A stretch of DNA of 64,000 nt from a virus. Position numbers and translations under genes: made by a program. The notes under the pieces are model-generated. The model searched no databases. It was not told the origin of the DNA and saw nothing but the letters and a program-made list of their open reading frames with translations. The DNA lies in the IMG/VR virus record IMGVR_UViG_3300023174_000052, positions 111,595 through 175,594 of that record. One strand, given 5' to 3'. Below, piece by piece: positions 48,962 to 58,124 of the stretch. How positions within the stretch are numbered: position 1 is the first letter of the stretch; each line of letters begins with the position of its first letter.

Positions 48962-49750
48962 TCACCAAATGCATTCTTTTTTTGAATATTCATCGTGTTG
49001 ATTTAACCAATATCCCCGTAAATATCCTCTCGATCCGATCCACCCATTCATACCCAGTAAAGGATTAAGTGTGCTACCGATATCGACGTACGTGTTGTCG
49101 GGAAATTCTTTGTACAACTCGTATATTAGAATATTACTCAGACTAGCCGCGGAAAATAAAAATAAATGATCTTTTACATCATTTTCTTTGACCCACACTT
49201 TCATCTCGTCTACAAGTCCAATATTTCTAATGTGACAGTTATTACCTACTCTAAAATCTTTTACTAAATTTAACGGAAATTTAGACAAGTCTGCGATTTC
49301 ATTACACACGTATACGACCTTATAATCTTTCATCGCAGGTAAAGCTTGCTCTACGAATAGTGGATAATTCGAATTTATAAAAACATTAGACCAAGTCAAA
49401 TGTGCTTCATCTTTTGATAGATGGTTATCAAATTGCCATGCGAACCACTCTTCGCCAATGCAACACCTACAACATATTCCCTTATAGTAACTGTCTTGTT
49501 TATGTTCAAAACACTCTATTAACTTCTTTCTAAAATCTTGTTGTGTAGAAGGGTCAAAAACCTTATGTTCTTCGGCGCCCCAAAATCCACCATGAGCCTG
49601 GCCGTGCACTATCGCCATATTTTCCGAGATAACGATTAGTTGATTTTTAATAACCATCAACTCGCCATCTGAGAATCTCGAAAATGCAAAATGCTTTTTA
49701 TCTTTTAATAATTGAACAATATGAAAAAAATCACCCTTAAACGTTTTCAT
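48962..49750 (-). CDS. Putative GT-D-fold glycosyltransferase
   Basis: FAFSRFSDGEL (RxxDGE) near the N-terminus and YVDIGS near the C-terminus. Confidence 0.6.
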   Translation of the reverse strand: MKTFKGDFFHIVQLLKDKKHFAFSRFSDGELMVIKNQLIVISENMAIVHGQAHGGFWGAEEHKVFDPSTQQDFRKKLIECFEHKQDSYYKGICCRCCIGEEWFAWQFDNHLSKDEAHLTWSNVFINSNYPLFVEQALPAMKDYKVVYVCNEIADLSKFPLNLVKDFRVGNNCHIRNIGLVDEMKVWVKENDVKDHLFLFSAASLSNILIYELYKEFPDNTYVDIGSTLNPLLGMNGWIGSRGYLRGYWLNQHDEYSKKECIW

Positions 49751-50183
49751 TTCTATACCTTATTGGAAAATCAGTACAAACTCCGAGACACGTAGACACA
49801 TCATCATTAAAAATTTCTGGCATTACTGCTATGCTATTCTCTATGGGTTGTTTCCCAGGATAAGCCCAAATATGACCTTTCGATGTCAAAGTAACATCGT
49901 CATTTTGATGCCAGAAATAATTGAAGTCATTAGTTTTATTGAAATGAATTATAGCTTCAATATTCTTACAATGTATCCATAATTTGTCTTTTCTTGCGCG
50001 CAACCAAGCAATATCGATTTGATATTGTGGTTCATCGTGACCTAAAAATATTTCTAATTTATCATTTATCCATACATCGACTTCGACTTCAAAATGAAGC
50101 AAAATGGCCTCGTCGATATAATCCGGACTATTCTCGAGATTCGATTTTTTTCCATTAATATTTCCACGATGAGAAATTATCAT
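49737..50183 (-). CDS. GDPD/PLC-like phosphodiesterase (short)
   Basis: ISHRGN, ENSP, VEVDVW, LGHD, WIHCKN, GVCTD. Confidence 0.8.
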   Translation of the reverse strand: MIISHRGNINGKKSNLENSPDYIDEAILLHFEVEVDVWINDKLEIFLGHDEPQYQIDIAWLRARKDKLWIHCKNIEAIIHFNKTNDFNYFWHQNDDVTLTSKGHIWAYPGKQPIENSIAVMPEIFNDDVSTCLGVCTDFPIRYRNENV

Positions 50184-50848
50184 AATTTTTCCAATTGATA
50201 ATTACCCGTATATCCTGTAGAAATATGTACACCATTGTGATTTTTAACGTAGATAAAATCAAATATTTTATTTATAGAAATTTTATTTTCTTTTAAAAAA
50301 TTCAATAATGAGACTTCATTTGAAGTATCGTTTTTCGAATGTCTATCAATTTCATAATATTCTAATACAAATCGGGATATTACATTCATCGTCGCACGAT
50401 CACCGACATAAAATTCATCATTTATCCATTCTTGTTCATTCCATTCGTTTAGATGAAAAGACTTAGCAGATGAATATATCGAATTTTTATTTAAATTATC
50501 GAATTCTAAATTGAGACTAGAACTAAAAAATAGATCGCATCTATTTTTAATGTAGAAATCATAATCATCAGGTGTTTGTTCTATGACACTTTTTAGATTC
50601 CAGAATTGCCAAAACCCAGATTGACCTGCGTTATTGTCACGATTTTGATACCATTTTGTTTTTTCTATTTCTATTTTGGGAGTAGTAAAAATTTCTTTTA
50701 TTTTTAAATCACTAGATTTCCAATCTTGATAATAATGTTCGAAACAAGAAACAAACAAATCGTATTGTCCAAAATAATGATTATAGTTTTTAACTATATT
50801 TTTATTACCTCTATAAGGTCCGGACATTATGACCGCTGCATTCTTCAA
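50180..50848 (-). CDS. Putative sugar transferase (WavE-like GT-A pattern)
   Basis: AVIMSGPYR...YDFYIKNRCDL...INDEFYVGD; paralog-like to 52910..53653. Confidence 0.5.
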   Translation of the reverse strand: MKNAAVIMSGPYRGNKNIVKNYNHYFGQYDLFVSCFEHYYQDWKSSDLKIKEIFTTPKIEIEKTKWYQNRDNNAGQSGFWQFWNLKSVIEQTPDDYDFYIKNRCDLFFSSSLNLEFDNLNKNSIYSSAKSFHLNEWNEQEWINDEFYVGDRATMNVISRFVLEYYEIDRHSKNDTSNEVSLLNFLKENKISINKIFDFIYVKNHNGVHISTGYTGNYQLEKL

Positions 50849-52227
50849 TTTTTAATTCCAAAATTTTCTATGTAATAATTTAAATCCTCAGGTGTACCAA
50901 GTCCCCACATACCAGACACATTAAAAGTCTTTATCTTTTTACCGTCTGCTATAGCCTGATTAAACACTGGACATACGTAGAATTCGTTATTGACCCTAAC
51001 ATTCTGTTCTATCATTTTCTCGGCGTATTTAACAAAGTCACTACCATTTTTCCAGTAATAATATCCCACAGTAGCTATATCACTAATAGGATTCTTCTCT
51101 GCTACTTCCGTAACATATCCTAAATCATCGATCTTTGCAAATGACCACTTTGGATGTGTAGCCTTAAACGTCACAATTCCACCGTCGACGTTCATTTCCT
51201 GCATTTTATACATAAATTCATTCGAATCCCATTCTACGAACTGATCTGAATTTGCGAAAAATAAAGGCAAATCGTTATCGATATATTCCTTGGCTAGTAG
51301 CGCAGTACACGCAGCACCCTCGGTCAAACCTTCGGTTTCTACGATTTTACAATCGGGAGTAATTAGATTTAGTAAAGTATCTAAGTTATATTTTTCACGG
51401 TGCGACTTTTGTACAACATAAATGTAGTTCGCATCTAGATTAAGATTATCTACTACGACTTGTATCATCGGTTTTCCATTAACTTCAATTAGTGGCTTTG
51501 GAAATGTGTAACCGGCCTTTTCGAAACGAGATCCTGCGCCGGCCATTGGAATTAATACGTTCATTTTTTTGTCTTTCCACTTAGGAGAAGTTAACATATT
51601 CGCACCCTTTAATTCTAGAATTTTTTTAGAAATATTATCTATTGTAACATCTTTATGATTATTAACACGTAATATATTCGATTTGCTTCTATGAGCTGCA
51701 AGTAAACCATGCGGAGAATCTTCTACAATCAGTGTCTCTTCCGGCAATACACCCAAGATTGACATTGCTTGCCAGTATATCTCTGGGTGTGGTTTACTGT
51801 TTTTTACGTCTTCATTAGATAAAATCAAGTCCATGTATTCTATTAGTCCTAGTTTCGATAGAACTACCAGTACTGTTTTTCTTATGGAGTTTGAACAACA
51901 CGCTATTTTATAATTGTTAGAATTCAACCATTTAAATAATTCGATTAGCTGGACGTTTTCTTTTAGATTCGATATCGATTCTAGCGTTAGTTTTTGCTTG
52001 ATTTCCCAGATTTTTTTATGCGTATCTATGGGCAAATTTTTATTTTTTGTTAGCATCTCTAACTTTTGGTTAGTCTTTAACCCATCGTAAAGTGATAGAT
52101 GCTCATTCATAGTAATAATAAATTTTTCGCCGGCAGCTAACTTAATCGCCTCGTTCAACGTAGAATAGTGTATTTCCTTTGCTTCGACCAAGACTCCATC
52201 TAGATCAAATGCTACTAACTTAATCAA
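50845..52227 (-). CDS. HAD phosphatase fused to sugar-phosphate nucleotidyltransferase (BcbE-like)
   Basis: FDLDGVL, CSN, KPHP, VEDS HAD motifs; then IPMAGAGSRF...PKPLI, GAACT, NSDQ, VAEK, EFYVCP, GLGTPEDL. Confidence 0.9.
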   Translation of the reverse strand: MIKLVAFDLDGVLVEAKEIHYSTLNEAIKLAAGEKFIITMNEHLSLYDGLKTNQKLEMLTKNKNLPIDTHKKIWEIKQKLTLESISNLKENVQLIELFKWLNSNNYKIACCSNSIRKTVLVVLSKLGLIEYMDLILSNEDVKNSKPHPEIYWQAMSILGVLPEETLIVEDSPHGLLAAHRSKSNILRVNNHKDVTIDNISKKILELKGANMLTSPKWKDKKMNVLIPMAGAGSRFEKAGYTFPKPLIEVNGKPMIQVVVDNLNLDANYIYVVQKSHREKYNLDTLLNLITPDCKIVETEGLTEGAACTALLAKEYIDNDLPLFFANSDQFVEWDSNEFMYKMQEMNVDGGIVTFKATHPKWSFAKIDDLGYVTEVAEKNPISDIATVGYYYWKNGSDFVKYAEKMIEQNVRVNNEFYVCPVFNQAIADGKKIKTFNVSGMWGLGTPEDLNYYIENFGIKN

Positions 52228-52913
52228 GCTATCCCTCTTAGTTTTTCATCTATTCCACAAGAAAATAAAGTTTCTTCTAACTCTTTTTTATATTCTGAAA
52301 AGTTCCATCTTCCCTTTACTATAGCGGTCGCGATGTATGGAAAAACTTCGCTATCATAGTGATATATTCCTCTTTTTTTCTCATTACCTAGAATCGAAAC
52401 AAATTCATTTCCAAAATTTTGAATCGAACTCTCAAATTCCCAGATATTTTTAGGACCGTATTTATCCAACAAATCGACTAAATGCGATTTAGAAATTATC
52501 GTAGGTTGTATAGAAAATTTTGAATATTCAGTGATGTATAAAGTATTATCAAATTTCGAAACGTAACGATTTGAACCGACAGGTATTAACTTTATCGATT
52601 TAGCGAAATTATTTTCGACGTGCGTGAAATATCTTTCGATGTGTTCATATTTTGGAGTATCGTAAAGAAACATGTCTTCATGCATGAATAGAAAGAAATC
52701 TATATTCACTTTCTCAAGACAAGATTTCAATCGTTCAGTATAACACAAGGATTCATCGTAAATAACCTGTTCACAATCTATCTCGAGATTTTCACTCAAC
52801 TTATTCACGAATAAAGTAATTTTATAGTTATTCAAATACTTTTTTATACTAACAAATAACGGTTTCCACACGTCACTATAATCTGTATGACTATAAATTA
52901 TTAAATTTCTCAT
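52224..52913 (-). CDS. Putative GT-A glycosyltransferase
   Basis: YSHTDYSDVW, FMHEDMFL (DxD-like), IWEFE, IVKGRW; ATGA overlap start. Confidence 0.55.
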   Translation of the reverse strand: MRNLIIYSHTDYSDVWKPLFVSIKKYLNNYKITLFVNKLSENLEIDCEQVIYDESLCYTERLKSCLEKVNIDFFLFMHEDMFLYDTPKYEHIERYFTHVENNFAKSIKLIPVGSNRYVSKFDNTLYITEYSKFSIQPTIISKSHLVDLLDKYGPKNIWEFESSIQNFGNEFVSILGNEKKRGIYHYDSEVFPYIATAIVKGRWNFSEYKKELEETLFSCGIDEKLRGIA

Positions 52914-53653
52914 TCCCATGTAGTCTCGAGATTAATCCTATTTTCCCATAAACCATTGTTTAGCATCCAGTACTTGTATAAAGCGATTGCGTTTGATAGA
53001 TCGCCAGGATTTCCTTCAATCGACATTGCGAATTTATGAAAATCACCACCAATATGCAAATTTGTAACTACAAAATCAAAAAGACCAGTAAAGTTTTTCA
53101 TAGTTTTATGATCGCCATAAAACCACATGTCAGCTGGACCCATACGAAAATGTTGCCAATTCGCATTATATAACTTGTTCGGTTCTATATTTGTTTTAAA
53201 ATTAATGCATTGTACAGGATATGGATTTTGTCTACCAGGCCCTGACGTCCCTCTATTAATCCTTCCCAGATCGAATCTTGCTTTAACGACTATGTCGTAA
53301 TCATAATTTTGTTGATACGCCAACTTCATAGTCTCAGTAACGCTGTATAGGTGAGATATAACGTTACCAATCGGTCTTGGGCAATTTTGTAGTTTATCTA
53401 AATTTCTTTCTTTAATAAATGAAGAAAAATCTATTTGTTCCTCAAACACTGAGGCTTTAGGACGATATAGTTCAAGAATTTCATCTTTCTTTTCTTTTTC
53501 CCAACTATGAATAAAAGTATCGACTTGAACATCTTTTCTATCTAAGATGTTCTTTCTAATGTGTTCATATCCATCGATCCCTTTAGAAGATGAGTCAGTC
53601 AAAGAATCGAATAGACCATGAATACAAAGCGCGACTTTCTTTTTATTTTCCAA
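52910..53653 (-). CDS. Putative sugar transferase (WavE-like GT-A pattern)
   Basis: VALCIHG...DTFIHSW...YDIVVKARFDL...PADMWFYG. Confidence 0.55.
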   Translation of the reverse strand: MENKKKVALCIHGLFDSLTDSSSKGIDGYEHIRKNILDRKDVQVDTFIHSWEKEKKDEILELYRPKASVFEEQIDFSSFIKERNLDKLQNCPRPIGNVISHLYSVTETMKLAYQQNYDYDIVVKARFDLGRINRGTSGPGRQNPYPVQCINFKTNIEPNKLYNANWQHFRMGPADMWFYGDHKTMKNFTGLFDFVVTNLHIGGDFHKFAMSIEGNPGDLSNAIALYKYWMLNNGLWENRINLETTWE

Positions 53654-54319
53654 CTACTTCGTTCCTTTGATATAGTAAGAAGGAAGATTAGTAAAATAAT
53701 CTATACCTGTCAAACATTCGATATTCTTAAATCCAATTTTTTCAAAATCGTCTATTAGAAATTGCGGATTTTCTACCCTTGAATTTTTGTATTCGACGCA
53801 ATCTTCGTGATAAGGAGCAGACACGGTTAAATCCATATAATGCAAACTAGCAAGACCACCAACTGTTAAAGAACGATAAATGTCTTTCAAAATCGAAAGT
53901 CTAATGCTGTAGTTCGAGATATGCTGGAATACGATGTGCGACATTATAAAATCATATTCATTTTCATTAGCAGGTTGAATGCTATCGCCCGGTGATTCCC
54001 ACGTATTTACTTTCGAAGAATCATAAAAAGTACTTACCCATTCTTTTGCAAACTTAGCATTTTGACCTGATATGTCGCACCCATCAACACGATTCCAATC
54101 CGCCAAGTCTAAAAGATTCTTTATATTTCTACCACAACCACAACCGAAATCAAGTGCGTTTTTATTCTTCCAACGATCTCGATTTTGCTTTACTTCTCGT
54201 AACAATAAATTCCAGTACTCGGGATCTATATTGTGATGTTGATGATTCGTATCTCTCATAAGGTGATGAGTCGATTCAAATTCATTTTTATAGTTAGATA
54301 GATATTTTTCTAATTCCAT
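53654..54319 (-). CDS. Class I SAM-dependent methyltransferase
   Basis: ALDFGCGCGRN, GCDIS, YDFIMSHIVFQHI, LTVGG. Confidence 0.9.
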   Translation of the reverse strand: MELEKYLSNYKNEFESTHHLMRDTNHQHHNIDPEYWNLLLREVKQNRDRWKNKNALDFGCGCGRNIKNLLDLADWNRVDGCDISGQNAKFAKEWVSTFYDSSKVNTWESPGDSIQPANENEYDFIMSHIVFQHISNYSIRLSILKDIYRSLTVGGLASLHYMDLTVSAPYHEDCVEYKNSRVENPQFLIDDFEKIGFKNIECLTGIDYFTNLPSYYIKGTK

Positions 54320-55322
54320 TTAGATCCCCCAGTATTTGTGCAATTCTAGAACACGTGTTTCCATCACCGTAAATCGTATTCTGTTCTACAACATAATTGT
54401 CTCTTATTAATAATTCTTTTTTAATTAAATCATTCGGATCATCGCACATAATCGTGTTGACGTCTATAGACTCTGGACGTTCGGTCACTTTTCTACAGAC
54501 AATTACTTTCTTGCCTAGGAAACTTGCTTCTTCCTGTATTCCGCCACTATCAGTTATCAAATAACGACAAGAAATAAATTTCTTTAAAAATTCGTCATAA
54601 GGTAATGGATCTATAATATTCAATCCAACTAATTCATCTTTATATTTTAATACGTTCGGATTGGGATGAATCGGAATGGTATAACGTATATTGGGATTAG
54701 ATAAAGCGATAGTCGATAGCGCCTTAAACCAATTTTGCATATTCGAATGATTTTCTCTGCGATGTAAAGTTACTAGAACTTCTTCGTTATAAGAACATTG
54801 ATTTTTAAATTTCACCAAATTATCGAGAACAGTATTTCCAACTACATAAATTTTTCCATTTATACTTTCGTTCAATAAATTGTTTTTATTGTTTTCTGTT
54901 GGACATAAGTGTATTGAAGTGATCCTGGAAATCAATTGTCGATATCCTTCCTCGGGATATGGATTTTCAAAATCTCTTGTCCTTAATCCGGCTTCGAGAT
55001 GTATCACAGGTATCTGTCTATGAAATGATGCCATGGCACATAATAGAGCAGTGGCAGTATCACCCTGTACTAATGTATGAGTTATACCACAAAAACAACC
55101 CTCGTCGATATCTGCGATGGTAGATAAAATTAAGTCTAATCTATTTCGACTAATACTCTGTTCTCTCAAAAAGACTGTGTGTTCGGCTTCATCTTTTACG
55201 AGATTTTCATGTTGTCTAATATTTAGTGTACTAAATTTTATATTAGATTTTTTAAATTCATCTAAAAGTGGTTTAATTTTAATGTATTCTGGTCTTGTGC
55301 CATAGCATACTAATATTTTCAT
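54294..55322 (-). CDS. wecB: UDP-N-acetylglucosamine 2-epimerase (non-hydrolysing)
   Basis: GTRPEYIK, VQGDT, HLEAGLRT, PEE, VGNT, TLHRREN, TDSGGIQEEA. Confidence 0.93.
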   Translation of the reverse strand: MKILVCYGTRPEYIKIKPLLDEFKKSNIKFSTLNIRQHENLVKDEAEHTVFLREQSISRNRLDLILSTIADIDEGCFCGITHTLVQGDTATALLCAMASFHRQIPVIHLEAGLRTRDFENPYPEEGYRQLISRITSIHLCPTENNKNNLLNESINGKIYVVGNTVLDNLVKFKNQCSYNEEVLVTLHRRENHSNMQNWFKALSTIALSNPNIRYTIPIHPNPNVLKYKDELVGLNIIDPLPYDEFLKKFISCRYLITDSGGIQEEASFLGKKVIVCRKVTERPESIDVNTIMCDDPNDLIKKELLIRDNYVVEQNTIYGDGNTCSRIAQILGDLNGIRKISI

Positions 55323-56065
55323 CGTGGTTCATTCACAAATTTGTAGCCGTTCTTTCTGGCATGCATTACATATTCGTTCATTGAAAGTCCACCATTCGTT
55401 TGTGGATTCGATATGGCGACCAGTTCTGTTCCATATGTCATAGCGTCTTGTGGTTGTGAACCCCACAAACTTAAATCGCTGGCGGGATGTGGAGGTACAT
55501 ACGTTTCTAATCCCATGTATTTTTGTAAAGCATATGAAAAGTGTATGTCTTCTCCGCATCTTACGAATTTGGGATCAGGTAACTCTCGCCAAAAAGCAGT
55601 TAATAACTCTCGTTCAAAGAACCACGAATGTCCGACAATGTCAGCCTTCATAATATTTTCATTCGCACTGGGCCAGCCAATTCTCTGGTATGGACCATCA
55701 TAACCTGCGTCACTATTAAAAACGATTCCAACCGTACCATAAAGTCCTCGATAGACCTTGTTATGTTCATAACAATTTTCTAACCATCGATTTCCAGGTA
55801 TCGTATCATCATCAAAAATACAAACGTATTTTGTTTTTGCCATGAGAGCATACGCAAAGCGAGCCCATACACCGAGATTCGCGTTCCCAATAAATGCAGT
55901 AGTATTAGAGATTACTTCGCTATCGAACTGGTCGGCTAAATCCGAATCATTTCGCCAAAACATAACCTCTTTTGGGGTTATTGTTTGAGCCATGACTGCG
56001 TCATATTGTTTTTTGAGTGTATGCGGTCTTTTATAGCCATTTAAAATTACGGTTACGTCTTTCAT
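55319..56065 (-). CDS. GT-A glycosyltransferase
   Basis: VILNGYKR, YVCIFDDDTIP, CGEDIHFS; likely ATGA start at 56065 with GGAG SD. Confidence 0.75.
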   Translation of the reverse strand: MKDVTVILNGYKRPHTLKKQYDAVMAQTITPKEVMFWRNDSDLADQFDSEVISNTTAFIGNANLGVWARFAYALMAKTKYVCIFDDDTIPGNRWLENCYEHNKVYRGLYGTVGIVFNSDAGYDGPYQRIGWPSANENIMKADIVGHSWFFERELLTAFWRELPDPKFVRCGEDIHFSYALQKYMGLETYVPPHPASDLSLWGSQPQDAMTYGTELVAISNPQTNGGLSMNEYVMHARKNGYKFVNEPR

Positions 56066-57066
56066 TTGTTGTCTCCGATCCATTTTTCTACTATTTTAGG
56101 ATGACCCATATTAACGAAAATCCAATTGTTTTTTGATTCGTCCCATGGAGCATGAAATACATGACCACCTGTTTCTGTCTCAAGACGCATAGCGTATTGT
56201 TTAATCATCGAGTCGGTAATTTCGTTCCATGTTAGTCCTGGGAAAAATGGATTATTTCTTTCGTCGCGACTTTCATTATAGAGACTCTTCCAAGAATCAT
56301 TCCAGAAAGTCCGAAAATTCCTTATCTTCCTTTCTATATTAAACCATGAATAGTGATGAACAACGGGTAATTTTGCCCAAACATCGTTTAGATAATTTTG
56401 AATTTGTGGCACAAGAGAATCGTTTTTAAGAGCCGCGAATTTAAATGCATCAAAATCGCTCGGTAAAAATCCTGCGCATGGAACTACTTTTCCAGTTTTC
56501 TCGAAAATATAATCGCAGCCATCAGTACCATGATGCGCATATAAAAGCCCATTTACATACTTTCTTAAATGCAGAGGTATACCATGCGTAATATCAGGAT
56601 CGTTTTTAGATATCCTCCATTTCCAAGGAGTAACATCTAAACGAGCTCTACCTTCACGACCCCAGTAATCTATGACTGGCAGTGCAAGTAAAACGAAATC
56701 ATTTTGTTCATGAACACTTTTGGAGATTGTTTCGATCAATGACACTTGACTTTCATGCACAATTTCATCGATATCAAACTGCCAAAGAATATCGCCCGTA
56801 CACTTTTTTCTAGATAAAGCCTTAGTATGCCCATCGTAAATACCCTTGTTTGGGGCCGACCAATTTATCGATGAGTCATGATATACTTTTAGATTCTTGT
56901 GTTCTGTAGCTAACGAATTTAGTTCATCTAGTGTCCCATCTTTTCCATCTGAGGTGTCATAGACGACTACTTCATCTGCGAATGCAAGATGACTTAATAT
57001 AGATTCAATAAATGGATATTCCATTTCCTTAGCATTTCTAGTTGTACAATATGCGCTAATTTTCAT
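56062..57066 (-). CDS. GT2-like glycosyltransferase
   Basis: ISAY...N, ADEVVVYD..DGKDGT, CTGDILWQFDIDE, VHHYSW. Confidence 0.8.
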   Translation of the reverse strand: MKISAYCTTRNAKEMEYPFIESILSHLAFADEVVVYDTSDGKDGTLDELNSLATEHKNLKVYHDSSINWSAPNKGIYDGHTKALSRKKCTGDILWQFDIDEIVHESQVSLIETISKSVHEQNDFVLLALPVIDYWGREGRARLDVTPWKWRISKNDPDITHGIPLHLRKYVNGLLYAHHGTDGCDYIFEKTGKVVPCAGFLPSDFDAFKFAALKNDSLVPQIQNYLNDVWAKLPVVHHYSWFNIERKIRNFRTFWNDSWKSLYNESRDERNNPFFPGLTWNEITDSMIKQYAMRLETETGGHVFHAPWDESKNNWIFVNMGHPKIVEKWIGDNK

Positions 57067-57077
57067 CGTTTCACCAC

Positions 57078-57983
57078 TTATTTTATGAATGTTAGAGTTC
57101 TATCCCAAAATACTTTTCTTCTATTATAAAGCCATGCGAGTGTATTTTGTTTATTCTTATCAATTAACCAATCCTCATCAGCGTGCTGGACTTTGTCGTT
57201 TGTTACTACTTCGCAACCTAGTAGAGTAGCTTCTGTAACCATTCTATTGGAAACGTCTGCTCCTCTGGGAAGAGTAATGAATCCTTCAGCATTTGCCATA
57301 GCTTCCAGTACTTGATCCGGGCTCATATTTTTTATTAATTTATAGCTTTTACCATTGTCCTTTAACCATTTAATGGCATCATCTGTGCCTTTAATCCAAG
57401 AATCAGAATCTAGAGTCAACCATCCACTCTTTTTTCTATCTGGCAAAGATTCCATTAATGGAACTATTTTTCTGAAGAAATTCTCATCGAAGGTCGCCGA
57501 AAGTACTTCACAATTGGCTAACCGCAGAGCTGGGAATCGATCTAAATAAACTTGCATATGTTTTTTTGAACAGAACCAGACTTGTTTGGCTTTTAGAAAG
57601 AATCTTTCTATTAATTTGCCAATCGGTTCTTTTTCGCAATTACACTTTTCTTTTCCTTCTATTTCGTGTTTCTCTATAGAACGCCACTTACAGAACTTAT
57701 AGTCGTGTTCGAAGACACTATAACTAATCCCAGAAGATATAAAATATTCTATAGCTGTTGGATGTAAGTTAGAAAAATTACCAAATACCCAGTGACAGTG
57801 CTTATTCTGTTCAACTATCGCTTCAGTAAGTTGATGACTTCTAACTATTAAAAATGGTATAGGTGCCGATTCATGCAGAGCATACATGGATAATTCAGCA
57901 CCACCGATTAGATCTTGTATTAAGAAGTCTTGAACAAAGACTAATTTAACAGCTTCTTCTACTTTAAAAGGACTAGTAAACAT
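57078..57983 (-). CDS. GT-B-like glycosyltransferase
   Basis: GGAELS, EHDYKFC, WIKG, RMVTEATLLGCEVVTN. Confidence 0.7.
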   Translation of the reverse strand: MFTSPFKVEEAVKLVFVQDFLIQDLIGGAELSMYALHESAPIPFLIVRSHQLTEAIVEQNKHCHWVFGNFSNLHPTAIEYFISSGISYSVFEHDYKFCKWRSIEKHEIEGKEKCNCEKEPIGKLIERFFLKAKQVWFCSKKHMQVYLDRFPALRLANCEVLSATFDENFFRKIVPLMESLPDRKKSGWLTLDSDSWIKGTDDAIKWLKDNGKSYKLIKNMSPDQVLEAMANAEGFITLPRGADVSNRMVTEATLLGCEVVTNDKVQHADEDWLIDKNKQNTLAWLYNRRKVFWDRTLTFIK

Positions 57984-58124
57984 AATCTAAAATATAATAG
58001 CTGTTAGACTATTTATATAACTAATAGTTATTTATTAAAATTAGTAAATTAGTTATTAGTCTTTAGTATCTATTAATTAATTAATTAAATAATAGGAGAC
58101 TTCTTAGAGAATTTATAACGAAAT
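57984..58124. other. Very AT-rich intergenic regulatory region
   Basis: 23 G+C in 141 bp (~16%); four TTAGT at 58041/58049/58056/58063; (TTAA)4 at 58073..58088; 7-bp inverted repeat at 58017..58031. Confidence 0.7.
58010..58017 (-). promoter_or_regulatory. Candidate T4-type late promoter TATAAATA
   Basis: Exact T4 gp55 consensus 26 nt upstream of the first gene of the glycosylation island; the AT-rich context raises the chance of coincidence. Confidence 0.45.

Noticed and set aside
42741-57983. Host O-antigen/capsule locus (prophage flank or chimeric assembly)
   Set aside because: No Wzx/Wzy/Wzz, ABC transporter or initiating transferase; genes are co-oriented and coupled with phage genes, and several enzymes are compact forms. 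Read-level confirmation is not possible here.
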